From NCBI GenBank assembly GCA_051362555.1, contig JBPQGU010000016.1:248001-312000 (forward strand): DNA of 64,000 nt, given 5' to 3'. Shown here in pieces: positions 13,390 through 26,481 of the stretch. This DNA comes from Lingula anatina (Eukaryota; Animalia; Brachiopoda). The notes beneath the pieces are model-generated. The model had not been told where the DNA came from. It saw nothing but the letters and a program-made list of their open reading frames with translations, and did not search any database. Numbering within the stretch: the stretch's first letter is position 1; every line of letters begins with the position of its first letter. Made by a program: the position numbers and the translations under genes.

Positions 13390-16300
13390 GTAAACCATTG
13401 ATGTTCCAGCGATAAAGGTAAAATAACACCTTTGCATTTCTGGTCCAAATATTTTTTCCACACACTAATCCTTTTTTTCCGAATTCCCGCACCTACAAAA
13501 CGGCATCTTAGCAAAAAAAAAAAAAAAAAAAAAAAAAACTTTCGCATGTTGCGTGAAACACTTTTGTGTAATTTCTATAACATTCCGTTACCATGACTAC
13601 TGATCAAGTCACTCGCAGCTTACTAACAAGAAGCAAATATTGATATAAATGTCTTACCACTGTCGTCTTATTCACTGCTTTGAATTTGTTGGGATCGAAG
13701 CCATCTGTTTCTTTCTGAAATAGAAAAGGAAAAAGGTTAACAAGTGCACCAAAAATATTGTATTATTTATAAATAACCGAATAAAAGGATCAACTGTAAC
13801 CAAAGAACTGACTAATGTTATTTCGGGAAACAGGTACTGTTAAATGCAGAAAAGAGTCACTTAAAGGTGGAGTACGTTATACATCTTTAATATACTTCGA
13901 CTGATGCATTACAAATACATCACCAGTTTCTTTTAAGTGGGCTGACGAAAGGAACTTCATTAATTATTGCTTAAAATGGCAAGTAGAAAAATAGCTAAAT
14001 TGTCTGTGAGTGTTTAATTATTTTATCGACACTTGGATTCTTTACATTGACTACGGGTGGAGTGATCCGAAATTAAGATACTTAAGACTTTGTACGGCAG
14101 AAAATGTGGAGTTGACAACGTTCTTCAAGGAGAAGCCTCAAAATGTACCCAAAACAAATTTTCAGCTTAAAAAAGTCGGCTGCAAAATCCAAAAACTCGT
14201 CAATTTCCAAGATCCCCCAAAGTAACGGGACGCCACCATACTTGAGCAATGTTTCTGCCCAACATGGCGTACATTTAACAGGAAAACAGCCGGAATCCCT
14301 TGGGTAACGAACTAATCTACGTTTGGTTTCTGCAGCCTACGTGTTTTGAATGGGTTTCAGTCTCATCACGGGAGATAAAACATCTATCGAACACGCAGAC
14401 CGAGTTATTGTACAAGCGCTTCTGAAACAGAAATCCTTACAACGGCCGGCATGAATAAAACATTGTGCTGTGTAATAACGTTGAGAAGTACTCGGCCTCC
14501 AAATTCAATACTGTTAATGACATAATGCTTTAATGAGAAATATCTTGGTTTATTTTAGGACACAGACAACATACATTAGTGGATGCTATGGTGCCAAGGG
14601 TGGAAAGCCGACAGAGTAATCGGCCAGGGAAATTCTGTCGGGGAGGAGGGGAGGGGGGAGGGGGTATTGAGCCCAGGTCGCCTTTCATTCATCTACCCAG
14701 GATCTTGTTGTCTATCCAGCCAAGTGTTCTCATAAACTGTATTTCTGACATAAGAGAAGTAATTGCCATATTTTAAAGCACTGCATGTTTATTGTATGGT
14801 CTCATAGTGGTTATCAATTCCTAGTTTTCACTCAGGCAACACAGTTTGGCTTGAGGTGAAAAGAAGATTAACATTATTATTATTACTAAAATACCAAGAA
14901 GGAACCGCTTGACTAGAACTGTGCAGAAACAGCACGAGGAATTGTTCCATTGTTCCTAGCACCCAATCTTCGCAGACAGATTCCCGGATGTGCATTTTTA
15001 CAGTGACGGATCTGTCATGATTCTGCAGAGAGAACATCTAATTTTGGAGAAACTGGGAATTTTTCACTCTAATTCTTGATGGGTGCCACTAGTCGCGGTC
15101 GCTGCTCCCTTCGAATGGTCTAACACCCCATTCTCATAGATTAGATCGACCTACATTGGATCGACCTAACTCCCTGGGGGTTCACGCTAAATAGCTGTCA
15201 GCCGGGCGGACACGAAAGTTAATTACCCCTTAAAGCTTGTAGTAGGCGGGGACGGACACTTAAGGGGGATTATCTGACAGTAATCTAGTGAGACTCCCCG
15301 CGGTGATAGATCGATCTAAAAGTTGTGAGAACAGAGCCTAAGACCACTATTGTTCAATAAGTCAACTTCCATCATCAGTTATAATAACAAACTGCCCAGG
15401 CCACACAAACTGTGTACACGACATCTTACACCTCACTTTAGTGGCATTGCCTTTCTATCCAGTGGCTAGTATTACATGTATCTAAATATTCCGGCCCAAT
15501 ATATTCTGCTTTGTAGACTGAATCAATAGAATTTTGGACGAACAATTTCCGCAACACTATATGGCCAAACTGTGTATACATTACAGGTGCCGGTGTAGAG
15601 TTTCACTAACAAGGATTTGTCAACACATTTAGCCTTACTCAGATCATCAATGGGAAACGGCGTTAGCCATTTAGCTTTCTCTGCATACACATCAAAGTTA
15701 TGGAAATATATAGAAGTATAATGTTTCAGTTGCACATTTTCGCTAATCACTGGTGTCAATTTTCTTATTGTTAACTGTTTTAGCAGGTAAACTCAATCTT
15801 TTTTACTTACTTTCCACCTAGTATCCATAAAAATGTTGTTACCAGGAAGTTTTATAAATTTGCAAAAATCTTATTCATAGTGAAGAAAACCAAACTTGGA
15901 TTATTCTTTAAATTATGACAAACGTAACACAGGCTTGACCATTATAAATATCTTCACAATGACTCGAGTTTATTAACTTCATAATTCATAACCTGGTCAC
16001 TCTTTATATTTCTCCCTTTGCCTGTTAAAACCTGGATTATTCTTTAGATTATAGGAATCGTAACACAGGCTTGACCTTCATAAATATCACTTCACGAACT
16101 CGAGTGTATTAACTTCATAATTCATAACCTGGTCACTCTTTATATTTCTCTGTTTACCTGTAAAAGTAGCAGGATAGAAGCATTGCGTAGCCATGCATGG
16201 CGCGTGTCGGGTTACCTATTTTTTAGGGCGCACTTGTTACAAGAAGGGTTCAGGAGGTTATCCGTTTAACATCAACTCGCGGTATTCACGTAATACACCT

Positions 16301-16712
16301 GTTCACTTCTAACTGTTTGAAAAGATTAAATAGAGACGTTGATAGCTTGTATTTTGTGCACGGTATTTTCAAAAAGTAGAATTAAACTGGGTCTTGTCGT
16401 GAAACTCGCCGTGATTAACGATTTGTTTGTGCCGGCAATTGTAGCAACTGTCGCGTTCGTTTTTATCTAGGCTCCATTGAAATATATAGGGGTCGTAGTT
16501 TAACTTGGCACCCACCAAAGGAAAAAACGGGGCATCCACCAAAGAAAAAAGAAAAAAAATCGGGGATTTGTTGCAGGTGGGATTGGGGTTGGAGATGGTG
16601 GGGGGGGGGGGGGGGGGTATTCCAGCAGTCTCGGGGATATCTTTGTATGAGATACACCTATTCGTACTCTTGGCGGCTCCCAAACTTTACATAAATCCTA
16701 CATTGTGTCCAA

Positions 16713-16748
<36 letters not shown>

Positions 16749-17383
16749 ATATATGGGTGGGGATTACTATAAACACTCTATCCCCCACTCCCCTTGAGTG
16801 CCCCCCCCCCCCAATCCTGACCGCACTCAAACTGCCACTTTTACTCCCACTGGGCAAACCACCGACAAACTGGTCATACCGGAGAAGTATCGATATTCCA
16901 TTCCTCCGGGTTCCGAACCAACACCGTCTTTTCTCGTCCCAGAGCGAACGCCACGGTGTCGTGTTGCTGCTGTTTCCTCAGTCTATCGGCGTATTTCTCT
17001 GGGTACTCCTCCGTATTGGAGGAGTGAAACTCGTTCAGAATCAGATCCTCCTGTTCTTGCTGGCTTAACGCCGTGTGCTCGTGTCTCAATAATCCATCTG
17101 ATGTGTCTCTACTGATCCCGCTATCTAGCGTCGACCTACTGCCCCTCTTAGGGGGCATTTTGTCGTAGTCTCTAGAAATTGTTCTGTCCAGTTCCTCCTT
17201 TAAACTGCCCACCTCGTCCTCTTCACGGACGCGCCTGTCCTCGTGGTTGATTTGATTTTCGGTCCTCTCCACTCTCCTCTGCTCCTTGAGGTTCTGCTGA
17301 TTTTGGTTCACGTCTTTCATGTTGTTTTGGGGTACTTGTTTCTTGGCGCTACTCTGCCTCGACGTACTAGAGCCAGAACCCAT
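9873..17383 (-). CDS. CYS1: Cystin-1-like N-myristoylated protein (~245 aa), 5 coding exons
   Basis: Exons (minus): 17383-16880, 13714-13658, 13085-13034, 11790-11733, 9939-9873. All introns are GT-AG and phases match (0,0,1,2); total 738 nt. N-terminus MGSGSSTSRQSSAKK; C-terminus ILKYDVTEEELMESIANEYEL*, resembling recalled human cystin MGSGSSRSSR and ISYDHSEEGLMASIEREY. The gene model is strong; orthology is inferred. Confidence 0.7.
11872..11932. repeat. (GT)n(GA)n compound microsatellite
   Basis: Direct reading. Confidence 0.95.
12630..12970 (+). repeat. Degenerate G-rich (GGGGT/GGAGT)n tract with G-quadruplex potential
   Basis: About 340 bp of G-runs in an intron of the cystin-like gene. 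Confidence 0.8.
13349..13389. repeat. (ATT)n microsatellite
   Basis: Direct reading. Confidence 0.95.
15123..15338. mobile_element. PIF/Harbinger-like MITE, copy 1 (second copy at 52867-53080)
   Basis: Near-identical to 52867-53080 (ctccctgggggttcacgctaaatagctgtcagccg...gattatctgacagtaatctagtgagac), with inverted gatcgatc-containing arms. Confidence 0.75.
15893..16165. repeat. Two tandem copies of a ~135-bp unit
   Basis: cgtaacacaggcttgacc...attaacttcataattcataacctggtcactctttatatttctc occurs twice. Confidence 0.85.
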
Positions 17384-19800
17384 ATCTCTGTAGATTCTAG
17401 ATCCCTGTTGCTTATTTTTCGTATCCTTATTGTCTCTACTGGCTACAGTTAATGTCAGTTAGTATCCTCTTCCACAGTGATCACTGTTATAACGGTGTCC
17501 TCTCAGGGAAGAAATAGCCGTGTTCCTTACGGCGTCGCCATAGTGGTAAGATCCACACTGTTTTCGGTCTTCTTTCACAACTGATTCTTACGTTTCGGAT
17601 CACCTCGTTAATACATGTCACCTGTAGCTACCTGAACACAGGGTGTGGACGTTTGGTGCAGGATCTAACTGTCTTCTGGCGCTCACCTGGGGCCCATTTG
17701 ATTGATCTGGTTCGTGCCTCGTACTGACACAAGTCACCGTTAATCTGCGTCAATGTACACGGTGACACTACCCCCTCCACATCATTCGGTGTCTGTCAAT
17801 CTTTTCAGATTGTTTCCAGTTTAGCTACGACTTTCCTTAGGTATCAGCGCAAAGTGAAAAGTAATAAGTGTATCGTGCTTTTTCTCTGCCACCTACGTTA
17901 TTCAGTGACACTGCACTGTGGAGTGTTGCCTCGGGACCAGCTGAATGGCAATCGATTCACGGATTGTGTGTTTAATCACCACTACTTAATCCACGGGTTC
18001 ACAAAGGGGGGCACCGCGTCGTAATTATGTAAACATTACGCGTTTGTTTCTTTTCATTTCCACGGCCACGCTCCAGCAGGGAAACACGGCCAAATGTATT
18101 GTGGCTATCGGTCAGTCCAGTGAACGATGTAGCTAGGATATTGACCTGCTAAATCTGTTTGTTAATTTGGCATCTTCTTGATTTTTGCTCATAGGCGGGG
18201 AGAGAGCTAGAGCACTATGTAAACTACAAATGATGTTTATTTCGCTTTACACAATGCATTAAGCACTCGCCAAACAATAAGCCATACGCCTTCAGTTCAT
18301 AGACGTTATTGAACGTCTTCCAGTGAACTGAGTACGTTGATTTATTGCTTGTGCGCAGTTAAAAAGTCTTTAATGTGTATTCTGCTTTCTAAGCACCCTG
18401 TAGAGCCGCTCCCCCTCAATCCATCCACCCCGGGGACACGAGCGTGAATGAATGCTGTCTCTTTAACTAATCGATCACGTCAACGTTTACATTGGGAGCC
18501 CCGATTTCCACGGGTATCGACATGGGATCAAAGGCGAGATTGTTGGCATGTCGTTGCCAGAGGCAGCTATGTAATCAAATGAAAAGAAACGCTCCACGGT
18601 CTTTGAGTGAGACATTAAATACGGTGACATTAAATACAATCGATCCACAAATAGAACCAGTTGTGGTGGTCATAATAAACCCAGTCAACAAAAAACAGTG
18701 TGGTTTTCAGATGTGGTGTGTTTCTGTGATGATAAGAATGTAATCAAAACGATCGGCAAACATTAAGCCGTGTATGGTTACCTGAGTTGTGTAGCAACAG
18801 TTTTCATGGAATTAAGCGGTCTTCTACGTTTTTGCACTAACTTAATTGAACTTTAACGCTGAAGTGAAAATCAGCGGCAGTAATTAATATAAGTGATAAT
18901 TTTTATTGAGAATCCCCTATAATTATTGACGGAGAACGTTCGCACATTGCAAAATTGGTAAAAATACCTCTCTTTGGAAGAGTGCAAAAATTAGTGTGGT
19001 ATTGTTAACTGGGTATGAAGACAAGTTGGCTGCTTTATGCCATGCAATTAATTGAATTCAGGCCCAGAGCATTTTTAGGTACCCAAAAGGAAGACCTGGA
19101 GCTGCAGAAACGCCAAATTGGACCCCTTTAATTCCACTGGGCTCTGTATTAAGCCAAGTGTAAACACGCCGCGGGGATTTGTTGTTAAAGTCAACTAGAT
19201 ACAGAAACATTAACATGGCGTTGCTGTTTAGATTGTGACCATGCATTTTTCGAGCAATTCTTTTTTATTTCTTTTCCATTGGAGTATTTAAAATTTAATT
19301 TGAACACACATTTCACAATAAAGAACGCAAGTTAACAACAGCTGTACCAGTACAAACAGAGGTGCTTGAAATGTTACACCTGTGCATACCTGGAAAAAAA
19401 AAATTTCTAACTTTTTGCGACTTTACACTGAATTAAGAAACGTATATGATATACATTCACCCAAACATATGTTATTCCAGTGATTTATAAAATATAATAA
19501 TAATTATTATCATTATTAATATATCTGGAAAACCGAAAAACGGTTGGATGGATACATAGACATGAAAGGACATTCAGATAAAATTACTGAATAATAAAGA
19601 TAAAAACATTGCTAAATATTAAAACCACTATAAATTTCGACTTCATAACATAAAACAGATTAAACAAATTAAAGTTTGATTTATTCCCCTGCTTAGATAC
19701 TATTCATAATGTTTCTGCAGAAGATTGCGATAGCGAAGCACAACACATCCATTTTATACTAGACCACTTACTTTGTATGTGTGAACGAGAGAATGACTGC

Positions 19801-19806
<6 letters not shown>

Positions 19807-19884
<78 letters not shown>
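19807..19884. repeat. (CT)n(CA)n microsatellite
   Basis: Direct reading. Confidence 0.95.
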
Positions 19885-19886
<2 letters not shown>

Positions 19887-20076
19887 GCATGATATCTTTA
19901 TGCAATCGAATGTGATTTCTGAGGATGGTGTTGTCACCATGCTTCTTTCTGGAAAACTGCTCTTTGTGAAACTGCGCTGGGGAATAAACAGGTTAATTAT
20001 GCACTAGGCTGTCTGTGTTGTCTCGTAGGATATCGGAACGAGTGGAATGTTGAAGTGTGGAAGACGGCCCAATTTT

Positions 20077-20362
20077 CAGTGGCGGTTTTAAGGGGGGGGG
20101 GGTCAGGGGGGTCCTGACCCTCCCTTCGATTTTTGAAAAAAATCACACCAATGTTCTCCTCCTGAAATAAAATTTTGACCAGCTGAATCATACTTCTAAA
20201 CCGTACTAAATGGCACCGTTCGCCCTCTAAAATACCAAAAATTTTTCGGGCCCTTTAGCGGGCCCCGAACCCCACGCCGAGAGGGTGGGGGTGGGGGTGG
20301 GGGGTGGAGGGTCGACTTCGCATCCCCGAAACCCCCTTCAAATAATCCTGGCTCCGCCCCTG
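20077..20362. mobile_element. hAT-like MITE
   Basis: Ends CAGTGGCGG... / ...CCGCCCCTG with G- and C-rich subtermini; no clean TSD seen. Confidence 0.55.
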
Positions 20363-21341
20363 TTATTTACATGTTAAATAGATGGATCAAAGTAGTGAGA
20401 GAGTTTTCATATATTTTAATATTGCCAGTGTAATCTGTGTTGCTACATCTCAGCTGTTACATCCAATATATGTGTTTCTGTTAATGTGGCATCCACTGCA
20501 AGCTGTGTCACCAAGGTGGTGTTAGGTCTACCGGAGGTGACAGAGGTGCCTGTTTGCACACCGTGTAATTATGTTTGGTGGGGCAATAATAAATTTCTAA
20601 AAATACCTCGACCTTATGCTTTTTTTTGTCCTAAAAGGAATCAATATTTGAGAAAAGTTTTTAAAATCATTGGACAGGATGCGCAAAATATACTCGTATC
20701 TCATTGCAAGAAGAAACTTCAACCCTCAAATCTGTTATATCTCCCTTATATTCCAAGCTTCTTCGAGGAATTCCCTTTCTCAATCTTTAGGTCGGTATAT
20801 TGGCTAATGTAAAACTCCAAAGTTAGTGTTCAACTCCAAAGCATGCCATGACATTCTAACAGTACAGACAAGCAACCACGCCCCGCGTCTTAGGAAACAG
20901 CTGCGACTGAGAAATCGCATACTTCTAGACCGTAATATGAACGTTTTAGCCGTCGGTGAATTAACGACAGGCTATTTTGTGATGCATCAAAGATTCGTAG
21001 TTATAAAATTCCCCCAAAATCGTTATCTCCTGTTCTTCTTTAAAAAAATGTATAAATTACGTGCTTTAAACAAGCCATTTCAGAGAGAGACGGCGTTGGT
21101 GATATGACCTGCGCGAATATTGTGAACCGTACGGTAATTACTAATTATGAGAGCACACCTGTGTTCTATAACGAGTGTGGGCAGCGCCCAATAGACCTAT
21201 AATACGTCACAGGGACGGCATCCTTGTGTCAACCAGATCTAAAAGGCGAATCAAAATGACATCGTAGAGAGACATACAAACTACTCTTGGTGATTTAAAG
21301 TGAAAAAGTTACACCCGGACTACCGTATATACAAGACGAGG

Positions 21342-24300
21342 ATGACCGAGGTAAGTGAGATAGAAACTGTAAGTATGCGTTTGTTCCAAATGATCTTGTC
21401 TGTTTGATGCTAACTGCTTATTTTTATTAACGATGTTACATTGTTTCTGCTGAATAAAACCATGAATTATAAAAAGACATCCCAAACGGCCCAATATTAC
21501 AGAATACGTGAAAATGATTATTTATTATGATAATTCTGACACCTTTTACAAATTTTAGAACCCGCGTCTAATATATGAAATTAGCAACTAACGACTGGAA
21601 GCAACTAACGGCTGAAAGAGTGAAAATGAGACAGACTTGTAAATGATATTGATACATTATTTTCTATACTAGCACAATTTATTAGGTCTGAAAATAGGTT
21701 CTCAATCTCGAAGAAAAGTGTCATTTCTTCTCAATATTTGTTTTTAAGGTTTTGATCTACCTTGTCACCTTGGCTTGCTTGCTATGGGCACCAACAAAAG
21801 GTAATGAATGCAAAACTAAACAGAAAACATTATAGTAACAAGTAACTACCATGTATGAAAGACTGCACTGTCCTGACGAGCGTATCATTCGATTCGTTAA
21901 ATTATAATAATAATAACAAACTATATTGGTTACATAAATATACGTACTTCATCAATGTCCCAATATATTGCAGTTTCCTCAATTTTCAACAATTTATGTA
22001 TGCATGTACGGTATTCACAGTAAAGTCAGGCAGATAAGTTGACAATTTTCTGATTACCAGTATTATCCATTTAATTGTTCTCCTTCCAGCCGACAAGAAA
22101 ATATTCTGTTACTACAGCAGTTTTGCCCAGTCCAGGCAGGGCATGGCGCGCTTCCTTCCTGAGGATATAAACCCTCAGTTGTGTACGCACGTGCTGTTTG
22201 CCTTCGTGGATGTGTCCCCCGACGGAAGAAATCTGAAGCCTTCCAATCGAAATCACATATCACGTGGGGGGAAGCCAGGTGAGGACTGGGGTGGCGGAGG
22301 GTAAGGGGGATGGGTGGGAGGGGGGAAATGTTCTGGAATGGAGGTATAATAATGCCAAAGTTTTTTTGGCAAGAACGCCCTTGTAAGTGTCATGCGATTG
22401 CTTACAGCTTGTCATAGGTGGGGTAGAAAAAAGATGCATGTAAGTAACGAGAAGAGATCATGTCAATTACAGAGGAAATAATTTTGACGTCATATTCGTC
22501 ACATAGGTGTGACGTAACTGTCATATGCAAATGAGAGCCAATGTATTTATTGTCCTGACTAAAAGCATCTTTAAAGTTATTTCACTGCGTTAATTTAAAA
22601 CCACATATATCCCACAAAGTTTCAAACGCAACTGTCTTGGTGAGACAAACGTTTTTATCAGTTGTAATAATTTTGCACAAAAAATGGCTCCTTAATGGTA
22701 CCTTAAAAAAGCAAACGCACGGGAGCCTATTTTCATCCACTGCAACAAAACCAAGCTTTATTAAGCCGACACACCCCCTCCTAGGTCTGTATGAGAGAAC
22801 CGTAGCACTGAAACAAAGGAACCCGGACCTGAAGGTGCTCCTGGCCGTGGGTGGCTGGGCCCAGGGCTCCAAGCAGTTCGTCCCCATGATGTCCAGCGTA
22901 GAGAACAGACAGGCCTGGGTGAGAAACGTGGTCAGATATCTCCGGAAGTACGGCTTTGACGGCCTTGATATGGACTGGGAGTTCCCTGGCGCCAGGGGTA
23001 GTCCCCCAGAGGATAAACAGAGGTTTACAAAGCTAATGAAGGTAAGCTAGAGATAATTCCGAGAGGTTTTACGAAGACGACACAGACATACAATATTTGC
23101 AGAAATTATCTGAAAATTAAATTTATTATCAAAACTTTTAATGGACTGGCCACGTGCAAACGCCGTGCAAATCAGAAATCGCCACTGTTTGTACTATTGT
23201 ACTTCTTTTTTGTTCTTTTACGCACATAGCATCTTATGATTGGTGGAATGTGCATAAGAAAACAATTTAGATTAGAATATTGTGACATCTTTACATTGTA
23301 TCCAGGAACTGCAAGAGGCTTTCCGCAGTGAAGCCCAGATCTCGGGAAAGGATAAACTCCTCTTGACATTAGCGACAGCGGGCGGCATGTACTTTATTAG
23401 CAAGAGTTACGAACCGGAATTGCTCATACCGTAAGGCACATTATCGATAGTGTGATATGAAATCTTTTTTCTTCTCTTACACATTATGAAGTAAAAAATA
23501 AAAGCGTCTACAAGCGTCTATCCAGAGTCTCATATTTCTTGAAAGCTAGCCATTCGGTTTGTTAGCTACAAATAAACATTATGGCATAGCTAAGAACGTA
23601 CTTCACTTATGATACCAGTATTAGAGCAGGTTCTGCAATAAAGAGAGAAAGAGAGAGGATTAATTACGAAAAGATGCATGCAAAGAGGTTAGATATCTTT
23701 TACAACGGATAAAAGTCGGTTGTAAAAAATATTACTTGCTCTGAAAAAATGCAAATGCCTGTATATAATTGTACAAAATATGTTATTTTCCCGGTAGCCA
23801 CGTGGACTACTTCCTGCTTATGGCGTATAACTACCACGGGATGTGGGAGAAGTTCACGGGACATCACAGTGGGTTGTACCCCAGGGCGGACGAGAAGGAC
23901 AGGGACAGGGAACTCAACCAGGTATTATTATCATTATCATCACTATCAGCGTTGAGGGCCTATAGTGTTTCAATGTTGGTTAATGGCCTCGACATACTTT
24001 TTCCAGTGTCTTTTATCTTAGGCTTCGAACTTCCAATTTAATTTCTTGAAATATTCGTCTGTCTCATCCCTCCATCTCTTACGTGCTCCCCCCCCTTTTG
24101 TTTCCTTGTCCGTATCGTGGGGTCCGTTTTGTCGGCCACATTGTCCATATATCATTCCTGATTCAAAAAGGTATACCATGTCAGAATAATGTCTTGAGAT
24201 GTCAACGCTGGATTACAATGTCTATGTTGCACACACAATGTGTCATGCCCACTGTAGTAAAATAATGGTAAATATACGAATTGTAGCTATCTTTTAAAAT

Positions 24301-25299
24301 AAGTTTCAACAACGATTTTTTCGCATTTTCCTTCATCTGTATTCCTTTTTTATACTACGCCTTAACATTATTTCATTCTTACTACTTATTTAAGCACAAT
24401 GGCGCTTTTGCAGGGCAATTTAATCCCAATAATGTATATTACATATATTTATTGGCTTAATAAATCTTCGTCTTGTCTTATCTCAAACTGACTTCATCCA
24501 TTCCAATTTTTACGAAGTATCCTTTGCTACACTTTTACATCAGCAAATCTAATCGAAATGTCGTCATAACAAAGTCTTTTTTTCATTAGCAATGGACAAT
24601 TGAATTCTGGCTAGGGAAGGGAGCACGGAAAGAGCAAATAATTGTTGGCATAGCAACGTATTCCATGACCTTCACCCTCAGGGACCCCACCCAGCACGGG
24701 CTCATGGCGCCAGCTACCGGCGCGGGAGAAGGCGGGAAATACACACGTGAGCCTGGAGTTATGGCCTACTACGAGGTAATGACCACCTTCTGGTCAAAGT
24801 TTCTTGTAGCATGCATTCATATGTAAACCGATGATAAATTTTGTGTCCCAGAAAAGACCTTTCAATTTAAATCTTTTAAATCTTATTGCTTGCATGTATG
24901 GATACAGTATACAAAACATTGAGACTATATGAGGAATGTTTGATATGGTCCCGTATTCTGTTGGTCTTTATTGGTGTAACTTCAACACACAGCCACAAAA
25001 GATAAAATCCACCACTGACTTTCACGACACACTAAGATGCAATTCGAATCCATACCTTGTGTATATTGCTTCTTTTTTAATGCAGGAATATTATTGTCTT
25101 TATAACTAGCAATAGCCTGTTATTTTTCTGCCATTGTCAACTTTCAGATTTGCCAGAACCTAAGAAGCGGCAGGTGGAACCGTGCTTGGATCGCAGACCA
25201 GATGAGTCCATATTACTATGGTGACCGTCAGTGGGGCGGATATGACGACGTGGAGAGCGTAACTTATAAGGCATGTAGGCCACCTCTCTTTTTCCACTT

Positions 25300-25331
<32 letters not shown>

Positions 25332-26481
25332 CATTCTTAGTTTACATTTTAACAGTAATGCTACCGTGCTGTTGGTAGGTACTTTCATACGAGCAATCTC
25401 GGCGTTGTGTGGCAGGGTTTCTTATTTCCGATTTTTACGGCGCTCATCACTTACATCCGATCATATTGGTTTTGTTGGCTTTGTGGTACAAACTTGTTGT
25501 TGTTCGGACACATGACGTGTACATTAGTTGCTGTTTATTGTACGGTAACATATACATTTATAACGTAATATTACATAATTATTTCCAGGCAGAAAATATC
25601 ATGTCTAGAAATCTGGGAGGAGCTTTTGTTTGGTCGGTAGAAATGGATGACTTCAGTGGAAAAGGCTGTAACCAGGGACCCTACCCCCTTCTCACGAGAA
25701 TAAACGAGATCTTACGTGGCCATTACAAAGTAGGTAAACTGTTCAATGAGAAAGGACCACAGGGCGCCCCCACATCAAGGCATGAGAACAGACTGCAGAG
25801 CATTTCAAAAGCAGAGTTGGGTTATGACACGCACGGACCTCATAGAGCACCCAGCACCCCTGGGTACCACCAACAGGGACCAAGTTATCAGGGGCACGGA
25901 CCTCCAAGAACACCCAACCAAAGGCCCGGGTTTCAGCCCTTCAAACCTGTTCTCTATCATGAGCAGACTCGACGAGGCCATCCAAGTAGTATTTACACTA
26001 CTCGCCAGCCACATTCGACAGTTTTGGGACACACTGGATATGGGCAAGCGCGTGGAAATTATCCCGTCAGAATACCACCAGGTAAGGAAGGTTGTGTTCT
26101 ACCTGTAAGTGTGTTAGAGAGGCATTGTAGTACTGTTTATATTTAAAGAAATAGGAAGTTTCTATTGCAAAAATTGTAGAAAATAAGATAATTTAATGCA
26201 TAAATTGTAAATTACACAAGAATGTATAAAAACAAATGGGTCTTTTAAAGTTGTACTTATTTAATGGATACAGAACGTATTCGTGTTCTAATCTAAATCT
26301 GTATAATTTAACTGCAGTGTTTTCGTGCCCGAGTGCGGGTCTTCATGGTGACGTCACGGAATGCGGGGCTTACTACGTGTGTATCAGGTCGTATGATAAG
26401 TGGGTAGCATACCGCCTGCGCTGTCCTTCAAACCTTCGGTTCAATGCCATCCAGCATGCCTGCTACGGTATCTGCCACTAG
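21342..26481 (+). CDS. Secreted GH18 chitinase with Pro/Gly/Gln/His-rich linker and C-terminal CBM14 (ChtBD2)
   Basis: Exons 21342-21350, 21749-21800, 22090-22278, 22785-23041, 23306-23430, 23798-23921, 24590-24775, 25148-25270 (GC donor), 25589-26081, 26318-26481. Signal peptide MTEVLIYLVTLACLLWAPTKA; motifs KIFCYY, LCTHVLFAF, KVLLAVGGW, FDGLDMDWEFP, MAYYEIC, GGAFVWSVEMDDF; 6-Cys chitin-binding domain. Exon 1 is the least certain. Confidence 0.93.

Noticed and set aside
16505-17115. Plus-strand ORFs of 187 and 105 aa
   Set aside because: They run antisense to cystin-like exon 1 and through G/C homopolymers and (CT)n; non-ATG starts.
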